NCBI GenBank assembly: GCA_013003395.1
Contig: JABDJC010000220.1
Span: forward strand, 1-53,445
DNA from: Acidimicrobiia bacterium
GTDB lineage: Bacteria > Actinomycetota > Acidimicrobiia > Spongiisociales > UBA5794
DNA: 53,445 nucleotides
Direction: 5' to 3'
Numbering within the stretch: the stretch's first letter is position 1; every line of letters starts with the position of its first letter. Position numbers and translations under genes: made by a program. Below, piece by piece: positions 37,385 to 48,227 of the stretch. Under the pieces are notes generated by a model, which saw nothing but the letters and a program-made list of their open reading frames with translations, searched no databases and was not told the origin of the DNA.

Positions 37385-38641
37385 GTGGGTAACGTCCTCA
37401 TCGTGAATCCAGAAGTAGTGATCGTTGGCGGTGGGCCGGGCGGAGCGGCGGCGGCCTATTGGCTTGCTCGCTCAGGTCACTCGGTAGTCCTCGCCGAAAA
37501 GAAGCGATTCCCGCGAGACAAGACCTGCGGTGACGGGCTCACACCCCGAGCAATACATCAACTGACCGAGATGGGATTCGACTTCGCGGTGCCGGAGCTG
37601 CACAAGATCGTGGGATTGCGAGCGTACGCCGGCGGAGTGAAGCTCGAGATGCCTTGGCCCGATCACAGCATCTACCCCAACTGGGGAGCAGTGATTCGTC
37701 GGACCGACCTGGACATGCAGGTTGCTGCCCTCGCCGAAAAGCAAGGGGCGCTCATTCTGCAGGGCACCACGGCTGAACCGGTCGTCGAGGGAGGCCGACT
37801 CACTGGCGTGCGATTGAAAGACGGCGATGGCGACGAGCGCTTGGTCCACCCCAAGGTCACCGTCATCGCGGACGGATCCCTCTCCAGGTTTGGGCGCAAA
37901 CTCGGCACCGAGCGCAACAAGGCGTATCCGTACGGATTGGCCGTGAGGGGGTACTACAACTCACCGCGGTCCGACGACCAATATCTCGAGTCACACCTCG
38001 ACATCCGAGACAGCAATGGCAGCCCACTTCCTGGCTACGGCTGGATCTTCCCGCTCGGTGATGGCCAACTGAACATCGGGGCAGGAGCCGTGTCAACCTT
38101 CAAGGGTTGGAAGGAATTCAATTCGAACAAGCTCATGGACGCACTGATCGAAGCCCTTCCTGAGTACTGGGGGGTCACGCCGGAATCGGTGGTTGTGGCG
38201 CCAAAAGGCGGCAAGCTCCCGATGACGTTCTCGGTTTCGCCGAAGGCCGGCCCGAATTGGGTGCTGGTTGGAGATGCAGCAGGAGCAGTGAACGCGTTCA
38301 ACGGTGAAGGCATCGATTACGGGTACGAAACCGGTCGCCTCGCCGCCCACTACATCTCGCAAGCAATCGGAAGCGATGATCTCGGCTTGCTGCAGAACTA
38401 TCCCGCTGCGCTCGAAGACCAATACGGCTTGTACAACAAGGTCGCTCGCCTGTTCTTGACGGCGATTGGAAGGCCCCAAGTGATGGGTGCTCTGGTCCGG
38501 ACGGGAATGCGGTCACGGCCGCTGATGGAATGGGTGTTGAAGGTGATGGCCAACCTGATGGAGCCGGAGGACCGGGGCTTCGGAGAACAGGTCTACGGCG
38601 CGATCGAACGAATCGTACGCGTCACTCCTGACGTGCGCTGA
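37385..38641 (+). CDS. Geranylgeranyl reductase family (MenJ-like menaquinone side-chain reductase)
   Basis: GGGPGG, FPRDKTCGDGLTPR, PGYGWIFP and GDAAG...NGEGI. Start may instead be GTG 37403. Confidence 0.85.
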   Translation: MGNVLIVNPEVVIVGGGPGGAAAAYWLARSGHSVVLAEKKRFPRDKTCGDGLTPRAIHQLTEMGFDFAVPELHKIVGLRAYAGGVKLEMPWPDHSIYPNWGAVIRRTDLDMQVAALAEKQGALILQGTTAEPVVEGGRLTGVRLKDGDGDERLVHPKVTVIADGSLSRFGRKLGTERNKAYPYGLAVRGYYNSPRSDDQYLESHLDIRDSNGSPLPGYGWIFPLGDGQLNIGAGAVSTFKGWKEFNSNKLMDALIEALPEYWGVTPESVVVAPKGGKLPMTFSVSPKAGPNWVLVGDAAGAVNAFNGEGIDYGYETGRLAAHYISQAIGSDDLGLLQNYPAALEDQYGLYNKVARLFLTAIGRPQVMGALVRTGMRSRPLMEWVLKVMANLMEPEDRGFGEQVYGAIERIVRVTPDVR

Positions 38642-38673
38642 ACCGGTCCCTCCTGACGTGCGCTGAAACGGTC
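38625..38673 (+). repeat. Tandem duplication of the 3' end of the reductase gene (24 nt, 1 mismatch)
   Basis: CTCCTGACGTGCGCTGAA(C/A)CGGTC at 38625 and 38650. Confidence 0.85.
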
Positions 38674-38743
38674 TAGTCCGACGGCGTGTCGAAATACCGT
38701 GCTTGAGTCGCGAATGATCGGGGCCGATAGGCAGTAGTGACAG

Positions 38744-41700
38744 TTGCCAATCGAGCCGTTCGTGAACACACAAACCACTTCTAAATCCGTAGACACCGCG
38801 CGTCGATGGGAGGGCCGTCCGGTCCTCTCATTCGCCGTGCGTTCTGCAGTCTTTCTGCTTCCGATCCTGGCGTCGATCGGAGTATCCGTGGGATTGTCCA
38901 AGGCGGCCCCATCGCCTGACAACGTGATCCAGCTCGGGCTGATCTGGTTGGTGATCATCGTGGCGTCGACGGCAACTCTCATGAGCGTGGAGAAAGTGGC
39001 TCGCAAGGCGCTCCCGCTGGCAGCGATGCTGAGCCTCACGATGGTGTTTCCGGATCAATCGCCGTCGCGTTTCCGAACTGCCCTTCGATCTGGCTCATCA
39101 GTGAAGAATCTTCGCGCCATCCTGGCCGAGGCCGAGTCGGTGGACGACAACTCGCCGGCTAAATCAGCTGAGTTGGTGTTGCAGCTGGCCACGGCACTCA
39201 ACACTCACGACCCTCGCACCCGTGGTCATGCCGAGCGCGTTCGGGCTTACACGGAGATGTTGGCCGAAGAAATGAACATCGGCGACGAGGACCGGGCAAA
39301 ACTGCGTTGGGCGTCATTGCTTCACGACATCGGCAAGTTGAAGGTCTCCACCGACATCTTGAACAAGCCAGGCAAACTCGACGACGACGAGTGGGAGCAG
39401 ATCAAGCTACACCCGGTCTTCGGTGAGGAGATTTGCGGACCTCTCCTCGACTGGCTCGGACCATGGGCCGGAGCGGTTGTCGATCACCACGAGCGCTTTG
39501 ACGGAAACGGGTACCCACACGGCAAGGCCGGTAGCGAGATCTCGCAAGCCGGCCGGATCGTCTGTGTCGCAGATGCGTACGACGTGATGACGACGGTGCG
39601 TTCCTACAAGGAACCGATGTCGACGGCCGAGGCTCGCCAAGAGCTGGCGCGTCACGCCGGAGCCCAGTTCGATCCAAAGGTCGTGCGGACGTTCCTGAAT
39701 CTCTCGATGGGCCGCCTGCGATGGATCGCTGGTCCGTTGTCGTGGCTGGCGCAGCTGCCGTTCCTCCAAGGTCTGGCCGGTGTGGCGCAGAGCGTCGGGT
39801 CGACGGTTGGTGTTGCCGCAGTCGCGACGGGCGGGGCTGCCGCCGCCCTCACGACCGGAGTCGTGACCTTGCCAGGCAGCGGACCGCTCGAGCTTCCGGA
39901 ACCACCTCCCGCATTGGTGCAATTCGTCGACACGCAATACGCACCCGTCGCCAGAGACGATTTCGCAACTGCAACGCAAGACGCGCGGCGAGTCATCGAC
40001 GTGTTGAACAACGATGCGCTGTCGAGCATTGACACCCTGGCGATCGTCGTCGACCCGTCGTTCGGAACCGTCATCGTCAACGCCGACGGCACCGTCACCT
40101 ACATTCCGTCCGGCGAGTACGTCGGTGAGGACGAATTCGTCTACGAAGTTATCGACAGCGGCGGGCAATCGACGACGGCAACGGTCGTGATCACGGTGGT
40201 TGGGGTCAATGATGCGCCGATCGTCCGAGGCGACTCTGCGACCGTCGACGAAGACGACGCAGTCGATATCGATGTGCTTGCAAACGACAGCGACGCAGAT
40301 GGGGCCATCGCCGCCATCGAGCTCGTCGGCCAACCTTCGAACGGCGTCGCAACCCTCAACAGCAACTTGACGGTCAACTACCGGCCAGATGCCGACTTCT
40401 TCGGATCTGATCTGATCACCTACGTCGCCATCGATGAGGATGGCGCACGGTCGGAGGGCACCGTCGCAGTGGTGGTCCGGCCGGTCAACGACCCTGTCGT
40501 CGATCCGGGGCCGGGGACGCTCGTGGCGGCTGGGGGCAAGACTGTTCGTTTCGACCCGCTGGCGCTGGCCGTCGACAAAGACGGGGACACAGTGTTCCTC
40601 GCATGGTTCGACTCGATCTCGATCGCTGGAGGCACTGTCGTCGAGGGAAGTCTCATCTACACACCGCCATATGCGTACTCGGGTTCCGACTCCTTCCGTT
40701 ATGCGCTGTCGGACGGAATCGTCGAGACCGTCGTAACCGTACGGCTCGATGTACGGGGCACCCCGGACACAGCTGGACCCACGATCACGCTGCTCGGCCC
40801 GAACCCGCTGGTCCTGAACATCGGTGACGAGTTCACCGATCCAGGGGCGCAGGTCGCAGACGCCGACCCATCCTTCAAACCATCGTTCATAGTCGACGCT
40901 ACCGCCGTCGATACGAGCAAGGCCGGTTCGTATCTCGTCGTCTACACGTCGACCGACCCGACGGGGAACACGTCGACCCGCACAAGGACCGTCGTCGTGG
41001 AAGACCCGAACGGCCCTCAACTGTTGGTCAAGGGTTCGAATCCGCTCACGATGGAGGCCGGACAGCTGTACGTCGAGGCCGGCGCCACCGCCTCCGACGC
41101 GAAAGACGGTGACCTCACCGCGTCGGTCATCGTCGACGCTTCGCTGCTCAATGCCGGTCGACCAGGAACCTATACGGTCTCATATCGAGTCACCGACTCG
41201 GATGGAAAGCAGGCCACAGCGCAACGCACGGTCAAAGTGATCGACACCACGAAGCCCAAGATCGTGCTGAAGGGCGCCGATCCGCAGACCATCGAAGCCG
41301 GTGGGGCCTATGTGGAACTCGGTGCCACGGCGGCAGACAACGACACCAGCTTCGCCGCGAGCGCTGTCCCTGATGCCAGCGGCGTGGACGCCTCTCGTCC
41401 CGGTACCTACACCGTCACGTACTCAGTCAGCGACTCTTCGGGCAACAGCGCAAACCCGGCAGTCCGAACGGTGAACGTCGTGGACACGACGAAGCCTGTC
41501 ATCACACTGCAAGGAGCGAACCCTCAGAACATCGAGACCGGCAATCCCTATGTGGAATTGGGAGCAACGGCTACCGACAACGACGCGACGTTCACAGCAT
41601 CGCCAACCGCGGACACCTCGGGGGTCAACACGTCTGTCTCTGGCACCTATACCGTCGTCTATACAGTCGCCGACGCATCGGGTAACACCACAACCAAGAA

Positions 41701-44700
41701 CCGAACCGTTGTTGTGGGCGACATCACGCCGCCAGTCGTCACCCCTACCGGTGCGAATCCGCAGGTCATCGAAGCCGGGAGTGCGTATGTGGAGTTGGGT
41801 GCGACGGCCACGGACAACGACCCGACATTTGCGGCTGTGCCGAGCGCCGACTCGTCGAGTGTCAACACGTCGGTTCCTGGCTCGTACTCGGTGGTGTATT
41901 CGGTGACTGATCCGTCCGGCAACACGGGGACTGCAAACCGGACCGTGGCGGTGGTGGACACGACCGCCCCGGTCATCACGGTGATTGGCAGCAATCCGCA
42001 GGTGATCGAGGCCGGGAGTGCGTATGTGGAGTTGGGTGCGACGGCGACGGACAATGATGCGACGTTCTCGGCGACGCCTACAGCGAATTCGTCGGGAGTG
42101 AATACGTCGGTTCCTGGGTCGTACTCGGTGAGCTATTCGGTGACGGATCCGTCTGGCAACACGGGGACTGCAAACCGGAGCGTGACGGTGGTGGACACGA
42201 CGGCCCCGGTCATCACGGTGATTGGCAGCAATCCGCAGGTGATCGAAGCCGGCGCGGCGTATGTGGAGTTGGGTGCAACGGCGACGGACAATGATGCGAC
42301 GTTCTCAACGACGCCTACGGCGAATTCGTCGGGAGTGAACACGTCGATTCCTGGGTCGTACTCGGTGAGCTATTCGGTGACCGATCCGTCGGGGAACATC
42401 GGGACTGCCAATCGGACGGTGGCGGTGGTGGATACGACTGCTCCGGTCATCAGCCCAACTGGCGCCAATCCGCAAGTCATCGAGGCTGGAGCGCCCTACG
42501 TCGAACTCGGAGCAACGGCGACCGACAACGACGCCACTTTCGGTGGGGTGCCGGCTGCGGACGCGTCTGGAGTGGATACCTCAACACCTGGTTCATATCT
42601 CGTGGCGTATTCGGTCACTGATCCGTCCGGCAACATCGGGACGGCGAATCGAACCGTTGCCGTGGTAGATACGACCGACCCCGTAATCACGGTGACCGGT
42701 GCCGATCCCCAGACCATCGAGGCCGGCTCTTCCTATTCAGAACTCGGAGCATCAGCCACGGACAACGACGCGTCGTTCTCAGCTTCGCCAGTCCCAGACG
42801 CGTCAGGCGTAGACACCGCAACGCCGGGTTCGTACATCGTGGTTTATTCCGTGACCGATCCGTCCGGGAACACCGGCACCGCGAGCCGCGGCGTTGACGT
42901 GGTCGACACCACGCCGCCCGTCGTGACCGCGAGCCAGACGGGTGCGGTCCTCGAGACAGCCACTGTCGGCACGACGGTGATGACCGTCGCCGCAACCGAC
43001 ACCGTGGGAGTCACCGGATTCACCATCGTCGGGGGATCGCCCACGTTCTCGATCGACGCGGCCGGAGTGATCCGCACGTTGGTCCTGCTCGATCACGAAA
43101 CGACGTCGTCATACGGCCTGTCGATCACCGCGACCGATGATGCCGGCAACACATCTGCTGCGGAAACCGTCACCGTCGATGTCGACGACGTCAATGAGCC
43201 GCCGATCGCGGTCAACGATGGAGGTTTCTCAACAACCACTGATGTGACTATCTCTATCGACTCGGCCGACCTGCTCAGCAACGACAGCGATCCCGATGCA
43301 GAGAGCCCGATCTTCGATGACGTTGTCAGCACGACGACCACGCAGGGTGGAACCATCGAGGATCCGGAGAGCGACGGTGTCTACCTGTATACGCCGCCGG
43401 CCGGTGTCGACGGGATCACGGACACGTTCGACTATCGAATCCGCGATGCGCTCGGGCTCACGGACACTGCAACGGTGAGCATCTCGATCGGATCGGCGGT
43501 CTCCGACCCGGCGTTGACCAGCATCGACCCGGCAAGTAGCCCGGCGAGCCCGATCCAAGCGGTGGTCGGCCAGGAGACCCGGATCGACGTGTACGTGCAA
43601 AACCTCTCGGGCGACCCCGCACCGGGTGTCGAGATCACGGTGACGGTCGACAGCGCCGACTTCCTCCTCGTCAACTCGGGAGGATGCTCGCAGACGGCGA
43701 CGGAGGTCGTGTGTCTGCTCGGCAAGGTGAATTCGCTCCAGATCAAGAGCCACAAGGTGGAGTTGGTGCCCCAGAACGTCGGATCCGGCTGGGCGTTGCC
43801 GGTGGTCGTGACGATGAACGGCTCGGACACCGACGGCACCAACAACTCGGGAACGATCTATTTGGACGTCACGCCCACCCCGCTGCTCGTCAGCGAGTTC
43901 GCCACCGAGGGGCCGGGCGACTTCATTGAGCTGTACAACGCCGGGACCTCCGACATCGACATCGCCGGCCTCGAGGTGCGCCTAAACGGCGCTGGTGTGA
44001 GCGACATCACGCTGGCCGGTGCCGACACGGTGCTCGCACCAGGTGAGCATTTTCTCCTAGCCGACGATGCGGGCGACCTCGACGGGGCTGCCGACCAGAC
44101 GTTCGCCTTCGATTTGCCGGCGGATCTGGGTATTCGGATCCGGGATGCTTCGGGTGTCGTCGATGAAGTCGGGACAGGGACGTCGTCGTGGTTCGAGGGT
44201 GCTGCGCTCCCGGCGATGGTGGTGGACCCAACAACAGAGCAGAGCTACGAGCGCCTCGACAGCTCCACCTCCGGGAGCTGCGTCGACACCGGAGACAACG
44301 GCGCCGACTTCATCCGCCACTGGGACCATCGGGATCCGCAGGCGACCGACGACCTGGCGACGCCATGCGGTGCGCCCCTCTACGTGGTGTCTGCCGACGC
44401 CGGTGTCGTGGTGGTCAACGAACTGTTGTATTCCCAGACGGGGGCGAAGGACGAGTTCATTGAGCTCTACAACGCCGGGGGCTCGGACTACGACCTGACG
44501 GGCTTGCGGCTGACCGACTCGAGTCCGTTCACCGGTCACGTCGACCCCAACGATCCCCTCGACTTCACGATTCCCGCAACCGACCTGGCGTCCAACCCAT
44601 CGACGCTTCCCCCAGGTGGCATCGCCGTCATCTGGCTCCAAGAGGACGGTGGCGACACCGGCGCGGCGCTGCACTACAACGTCGATGAAGGGGACCCTGG

Positions 44701-46522
44701 AGTGCTTTCCAACGTGGCCGACGAAGTCTGGCTCGTGGACACTTCAGGCGCCATTGTCGATTATGTCGCCTATGGGGCCGCCAACACCGGAGAGAGGGAC
44801 ACGCCCATTCCAGATGCTCTCGGCATGTGGAACGCCGCCGGTGAAGCCGCGCTCGGCGGCGTCGCAGCCGGCACTTCCATCGCCCTCACCCCCTCAGGCC
44901 TCGATTCCGATGACAGCGCGTGTTGGGAGGTGACCGGTACCGGAACATCGTCCTGCGGTCCGGGCACTGTCGACCTCGACGCAGCCGCCGGTCGAGTGAC
45001 GTCCGTCGGCAGCAACAACAACAATCTGGTTGCCGACGTTGCGTTCCACAGTTCCGTGCCTGCGGGGAACTTGGCGAATCCCGTCCAAGTCACGACCGGC
45101 GTGCCGATGACCATCGACATCACCGCGGAGAACCGCGGCCCATCTCAAGCGCCGGCGTCGAAGGTGTTGCTGCCGCTCGCAACCGGCGAATTCGCGTTCA
45201 ACGGTGGACCCAGCTCGCCCGGATGCGCCTACGACGCGGTCGACCAGGAGGTCACGTGCTCCATCGGTGTTCTGGCGTCCGGAAACAGCGAAACGGTGAC
45301 GATAGGTATCACACCACTCCTTCCAGGCAGCTACACCTTGGCCCTCAGCGTGAATTCGGTCTCGGCGACGGATCCCGATCTGACCAACAACGCGGGCGCA
45401 ATCTCCGTCGACGTCGTACCCACGCCCACACACGTCGTGATCAGTGAGTTCTCGACGGATCGTGCCACGGACTTCGTCGAGCTGTACAACCCGACCAGCG
45501 CTCCGGTGCTGCTCGATGGCTATACGCTCAGGGTGTACCCGCCCGATGGCACGGCAGGCTTCACCGTGGAAGCAACCATCCCACTCGCCAGCTCGACGTT
45601 CATCCCCGCGAACGGCTACTTCCTCATCGGAAACACACCGGATTTGGCACCCGTGGCGGCGGATCATGCGGCGAGCTTCGACGTGGCGCAGTACGGCGGC
45701 GTGGAGATCGCCGACGCGCTCGGAGCCGCGATCGACGGTGCCGGCACGGCGCCTCGCCCTGGGGGCGGCCCGAACGAGCAAGGTGCCGCCTCGAGTGAGG
45801 GCAACGGCGTCGCCGCGATGAACCCCGGCCCGAACGAGCAGTCGATGCAGCGAAGGCACGGCGACGGCCTTGGCAGCTGCATCGACACAGACGACAACGC
45901 CTCAGACTTCGTCCACAACAACGGTGGCGTGAGCCCCAAGAACACCTCGACGGTTGAAGCCTGCGGAACTCCGCCGCTTCCGCCCCCGTCGTCGGCGGCC
46001 GGCGTGGTCATCTCGGAGATCCGGACCGATGGTCCCAATGGCGGTGGCGACGAGATGATCGAGATCTTCAACGCCGGACCGACCTCGGTCGACCTCTTGA
46101 ACTGGGAGCTGCAAGTCGGCGATGGCTTCACTTTGATCTTCAGGTTCAATTCTTTGATCCTCGAGCCAGGTCAGCACTTCCTGTTCGCCACTGCGTCGTC
46201 CGGACTGACGGCCGACACGATCTACGGGCCCGGTGGTACCTCGATCCACGGCACGCTGTTCACGACCGACACCGTCACCAACGGTGCCGCCGTGAGGATC
46301 GTCGACGGCGGCGGAACGCCCATCGACACGGTCGGGTTCGACGGTCCCCCGGCGGAGGGGAATTCCCTGCCGTCACTGTCTACACGAGGGCCGAGCTACG
46401 AGCGCCGGGGCGGAGGCGCCTACGGCAGCTGTGTCGACACCGGCGACAACCTCAGCGACTTCTACATCCGCTCGGTGCCCGATCCTCAAACGCTGGGTGA
46501 CCCGTTCGCCATCTGTTTGTGA
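38744..46522 (+). CDS. Giant HD-GYP phosphodiesterase fused to an adhesin-like ectodomain (Big_9/cadherin-like, 9 DUF5011-like Ig repeats, 2 DUF11-like, 4 lamin-tail domains)
   Basis: TRGHAERV, LHDIGK, HHERFDGNGYP and ADAYDVM; a hydrophobic segment; VNDAP/VNDP repeats; DTTxPVIT repeats; four (S/N)E...(F/M)(I/V)E(L/I)(Y/F)N motifs. Confidence 0.88.
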   Translation: MPIEPFVNTQTTSKSVDTARRWEGRPVLSFAVRSAVFLLPILASIGVSVGLSKAAPSPDNVIQLGLIWLVIIVASTATLMSVEKVARKALPLAAMLSLTMVFPDQSPSRFRTALRSGSSVKNLRAILAEAESVDDNSPAKSAELVLQLATALNTHDPRTRGHAERVRAYTEMLAEEMNIGDEDRAKLRWASLLHDIGKLKVSTDILNKPGKLDDDEWEQIKLHPVFGEEICGPLLDWLGPWAGAVVDHHERFDGNGYPHGKAGSEISQAGRIVCVADAYDVMTTVRSYKEPMSTAEARQELARHAGAQFDPKVVRTFLNLSMGRLRWIAGPLSWLAQLPFLQGLAGVAQSVGSTVGVAAVATGGAAAALTTGVVTLPGSGPLELPEPPPALVQFVDTQYAPVARDDFATATQDARRVIDVLNNDALSSIDTLAIVVDPSFGTVIVNADGTVTYIPSGEYVGEDEFVYEVIDSGGQSTTATVVITVVGVNDAPIVRGDSATVDEDDAVDIDVLANDSDADGAIAAIELVGQPSNGVATLNSNLTVNYRPDADFFGSDLITYVAIDEDGARSEGTVAVVVRPVNDPVVDPGPGTLVAAGGKTVRFDPLALAVDKDGDTVFLAWFDSISIAGGTVVEGSLIYTPPYAYSGSDSFRYALSDGIVETVVTVRLDVRGTPDTAGPTITLLGPNPLVLNIGDEFTDPGAQVADADPSFKPSFIVDATAVDTSKAGSYLVVYTSTDPTGNTSTRTRTVVVEDPNGPQLLVKGSNPLTMEAGQLYVEAGATASDAKDGDLTASVIVDASLLNAGRPGTYTVSYRVTDSDGKQATAQRTVKVIDTTKPKIVLKGADPQTIEAGGAYVELGATAADNDTSFAASAVPDASGVDASRPGTYTVTYSVSDSSGNSANPAVRTVNVVDTTKPVITLQGANPQNIETGNPYVELGATATDNDATFTASPTADTSGVNTSVSGTYTVVYTVADASGNTTTKNRTVVVGDITPPVVTPTGANPQVIEAGSAYVELGATATDNDPTFAAVPSADSSSVNTSVPGSYSVVYSVTDPSGNTGTANRTVAVVDTTAPVITVIGSNPQVIEAGSAYVELGATATDNDATFSATPTANSSGVNTSVPGSYSVSYSVTDPSGNTGTANRSVTVVDTTAPVITVIGSNPQVIEAGAAYVELGATATDNDATFSTTPTANSSGVNTSIPGSYSVSYSVTDPSGNIGTANRTVAVVDTTAPVISPTGANPQVIEAGAPYVELGATATDNDATFGGVPAADASGVDTSTPGSYLVAYSVTDPSGNIGTANRTVAVVDTTDPVITVTGADPQTIEAGSSYSELGASATDNDASFSASPVPDASGVDTATPGSYIVVYSVTDPSGNTGTASRGVDVVDTTPPVVTASQTGAVLETATVGTTVMTVAATDTVGVTGFTIVGGSPTFSIDAAGVIRTLVLLDHETTSSYGLSITATDDAGNTSAAETVTVDVDDVNEPPIAVNDGGFSTTTDVTISIDSADLLSNDSDPDAESPIFDDVVSTTTTQGGTIEDPESDGVYLYTPPAGVDGITDTFDYRIRDALGLTDTATVSISIGSAVSDPALTSIDPASSPASPIQAVVGQETRIDVYVQNLSGDPAPGVEITVTVDSADFLLVNSGGCSQTATEVVCLLGKVNSLQIKSHKVELVPQNVGSGWALPVVVTMNGSDTDGTNNSGTIYLDVTPTPLLVSEFATEGPGDFIELYNAGTSDIDIAGLEVRLNGAGVSDITLAGADTVLAPGEHFLLADDAGDLDGAADQTFAFDLPADLGIRIRDASGVVDEVGTGTSSWFEGAALPAMVVDPTTEQSYERLDSSTSGSCVDTGDNGADFIRHWDHRDPQATDDLATPCGAPLYVVSADAGVVVVNELLYSQTGAKDEFIELYNAGGSDYDLTGLRLTDSSPFTGHVDPNDPLDFTIPATDLASNPSTLPPGGIAVIWLQEDGGDTGAALHYNVDEGDPGVLSNVADEVWLVDTSGAIVDYVAYGAANTGERDTPIPDALGMWNAAGEAALGGVAAGTSIALTPSGLDSDDSACWEVTGTGTSSCGPGTVDLDAAAGRVTSVGSNNNNLVADVAFHSSVPAGNLANPVQVTTGVPMTIDITAENRGPSQAPASKVLLPLATGEFAFNGGPSSPGCAYDAVDQEVTCSIGVLASGNSETVTIGITPLLPGSYTLALSVNSVSATDPDLTNNAGAISVDVVPTPTHVVISEFSTDRATDFVELYNPTSAPVLLDGYTLRVYPPDGTAGFTVEATIPLASSTFIPANGYFLIGNTPDLAPVAADHAASFDVAQYGGVEIADALGAAIDGAGTAPRPGGGPNEQGAASSEGNGVAAMNPGPNEQSMQRRHGDGLGSCIDTDDNASDFVHNNGGVSPKNTSTVEACGTPPLPPPSSAAGVVISEIRTDGPNGGGDEMIEIFNAGPTSVDLLNWELQVGDGFTLIFRFNSLILEPGQHFLFATASSGLTADTIYGPGGTSIHGTLFTTDTVTNGAAVRIVDGGGTPIDTVGFDGPPAEGNSLPSLSTRGPSYERRGGGAYGSCVDTGDNLSDFYIRSVPDPQTLGDPFAICL
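40766..42904 (+). repeat. Nine tandem Ig-like coding repeats of about 237 bp (79 aa)
   Basis: Repeat starts at 41720, 41957, 42194, 42431 and 42668 are exactly 237 bp apart; units 6 and 7 are near-identical in DNA. Confidence 0.9.
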
Positions 46523-46642
46523 CCTCGCCGAGCGTCGTGAACCAAACCGAGTAGCGACACTCTGACGCGCCGCTGAGCGTGGTGTTTTGGTCTGAGGCTC
46601 GTGGGTTCCTAATCTCCGCTCCGTAGAGGAGCACCAACCGAG

Positions 46643-47089
46643 ATGACGCTGACCGACTATCTCCCCATAGCCCTGATGTTCGTCGTGGGCCTCGGCTTCG
46701 CCGGAGTGTCTCTCGCGCTGTCGTGGTGGCTCGCACCCAACAAGCCGACACCAGAAAAGCTTGCTCCCTACGAGTGCGGGATCGTTCCGCTCCAAGACCC
46801 GGTCAATCGCTTTCCCGTCAAGTTCTATCTGGTCGCCATGTTGTTCGTCATCTTCGACGTCGAGATCATCTTCTTGTTCCTCTGGGCCGTTCGATTCCAG
46901 GAGCTCGGCTGGTTAGGTATCGCAGTCATCGCCGTGTTCGTCCTGTTGATCTTCGAAACTCTCGGTTACGTGTGGAAGCGTGGAGCTCTCGACTGGAACG
47001 TGGCGAGTCGCGAGCGTCATCGCAGAGTTGTGGCGCCTCTGACCAGCCAGACCGTTGGCGGCGTCGGCGCCGGGGAGGAAGCCGCCTGA
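46643..47089 (+). CDS. nuoA: NADH-quinone oxidoreductase subunit A
   Basis: PYECG and [14 protein letters not shown]. Confidence 0.95.
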   Translation: MTLTDYLPIALMFVVGLGFAGVSLALSWWLAPNKPTPEKLAPYECGIVPLQDPVNRFPVKFYLVAMLFVIFDVEIIFLFLWAVRFQELGWLGIAVIAVFVLLIFETLGYVWKRGALDWNVASRERHRRVVAPLTSQTVGGVGAGEEAA

Positions 47090-47559
47090 TGGCCATCGCC
47101 TCTTCGCCCCCGAACCTGCTGATGACCACGATGAACAAGGCCGTCAACTGGGCCAGGACGCGGTCGATGTGGCCCGCTTCTTTCGGCCTTGCCTGCTGTG
47201 CCATCGAGATGATGGCGACCGGTGCCGCCCATAACGACCTCGCTCGGTTCGGTATGGAGGTCTTCCGAGCGTCACCTCGACAGGCCGATCTGATGATCGT
47301 GGCCGGCCGGGTCTCACAGAAGATGGCGCCAGTCCTTCGACAGGTGTACGACCAGATGGCGGAGCCCAAGTGGGTCATCTCGATGGGTGCTTGCGCGTCC
47401 ACCGGTGGCATGTTCAACAACTACGCACTGGTACAAGGAGTCGACCAGGTAGTGCCTGTCGACATGTACGTACCCGGATGTCCGCCTGGTCCACAGTCGC
47501 TCATGCACGGCATCCTCGCTCTGCAGCAGGGCATCATGGACGGCGAGATGGTGAGATGA
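47089..47559 (+). CDS. nuoB: NADH-quinone oxidoreductase subunit B
   Basis: [18 protein letters not shown] and VPGCPP. Confidence 0.95.
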   Translation: MAIASSPPNLLMTTMNKAVNWARTRSMWPASFGLACCAIEMMATGAAHNDLARFGMEVFRASPRQADLMIVAGRVSQKMAPVLRQVYDQMAEPKWVISMGACASTGGMFNNYALVQGVDQVVPVDMYVPGCPPGPQSLMHGILALQQGIMDGEMVR

Positions 47560-48227
47560 GCGAAGACCTCGACCCCAAGGATGAAGTGGTGAGGCCGGAG
47601 GACGCCAAGGCCGGCGTTCACGCAAAAGCAGCAGCCCCTGTCGAGCAGGCGGCAGGTGAGCCTCCTGTCGCAAGCGATGGTCCGGACGGCGATGTCGTGA
47701 CCTCCGAAACCGCAACTCCTGACCTTCCCGAGGCAGCCGAACCGCTCGATCTGCCGGACAACCCGCTTCTGGCGGGCATCGCTGGGCAATTCCCGGCGGT
47801 CGTGGTCGAGGAGCGTCCCGGACAAGATGTGCTCCGAGTCCCGGTCGATCAGTGGCTCGAGGTCGCGACCGCCTGTAAAGCGGCCGGCTACGAGATGTTC
47901 ACCGATCTGACCGCAGTGGACTATCTGAGACGCAATCCTCGGTTCGAAGTTGTTGCCGTACTCGTCTCGGTGGAGCACGTGCACCGAGTGCGGCTGCTGA
48001 CGGGAGTGCCCGCATCGAATCCGGTAGTGGCTTCGATCTCGTCCGTGTACCCGGGTGCAAATTTCTACGAGCGTGAAGCATTCGACATGTTCGGCATCGT
48101 CTTCTCCGGCCACCCGGACCTCACGCGAATCCTCATGCCAGACGAGTGGGAGGGCTATCCCTTGCGCAAAGACTTCTCCGTCGGTTCCGTACCCGTCCAA
48201 TTCAAAGAATCTCACAAGGCCACATGA
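47556..48227 (+). CDS. nuoC: NADH-quinone oxidoreductase subunit C
   Basis: [19 protein letters not shown] and GYPLRKDF; acidic N-terminal extension. Confidence 0.93.
   Translation: MSEDLDPKDEVVRPEDAKAGVHAKAAAPVEQAAGEPPVASDGPDGDVVTSETATPDLPEAAEPLDLPDNPLLAGIAGQFPAVVVEERPGQDVLRVPVDQWLEVATACKAAGYEMFTDLTAVDYLRRNPRFEVVAVLVSVEHVHRVRLLTGVPASNPVVASISSVYPGANFYEREAFDMFGIVFSGHPDLTRILMPDEWEGYPLRKDFSVGSVPVQFKESHKAT

Noticed and set aside
39407-41020. Long antisense ORFs (e.g. 537 aa here and 385 aa at 50430-51587)
   Set aside because: They overlap well-supported genes on the opposite strand and are expected in GC-rich DNA; they carry no recognisable motifs.
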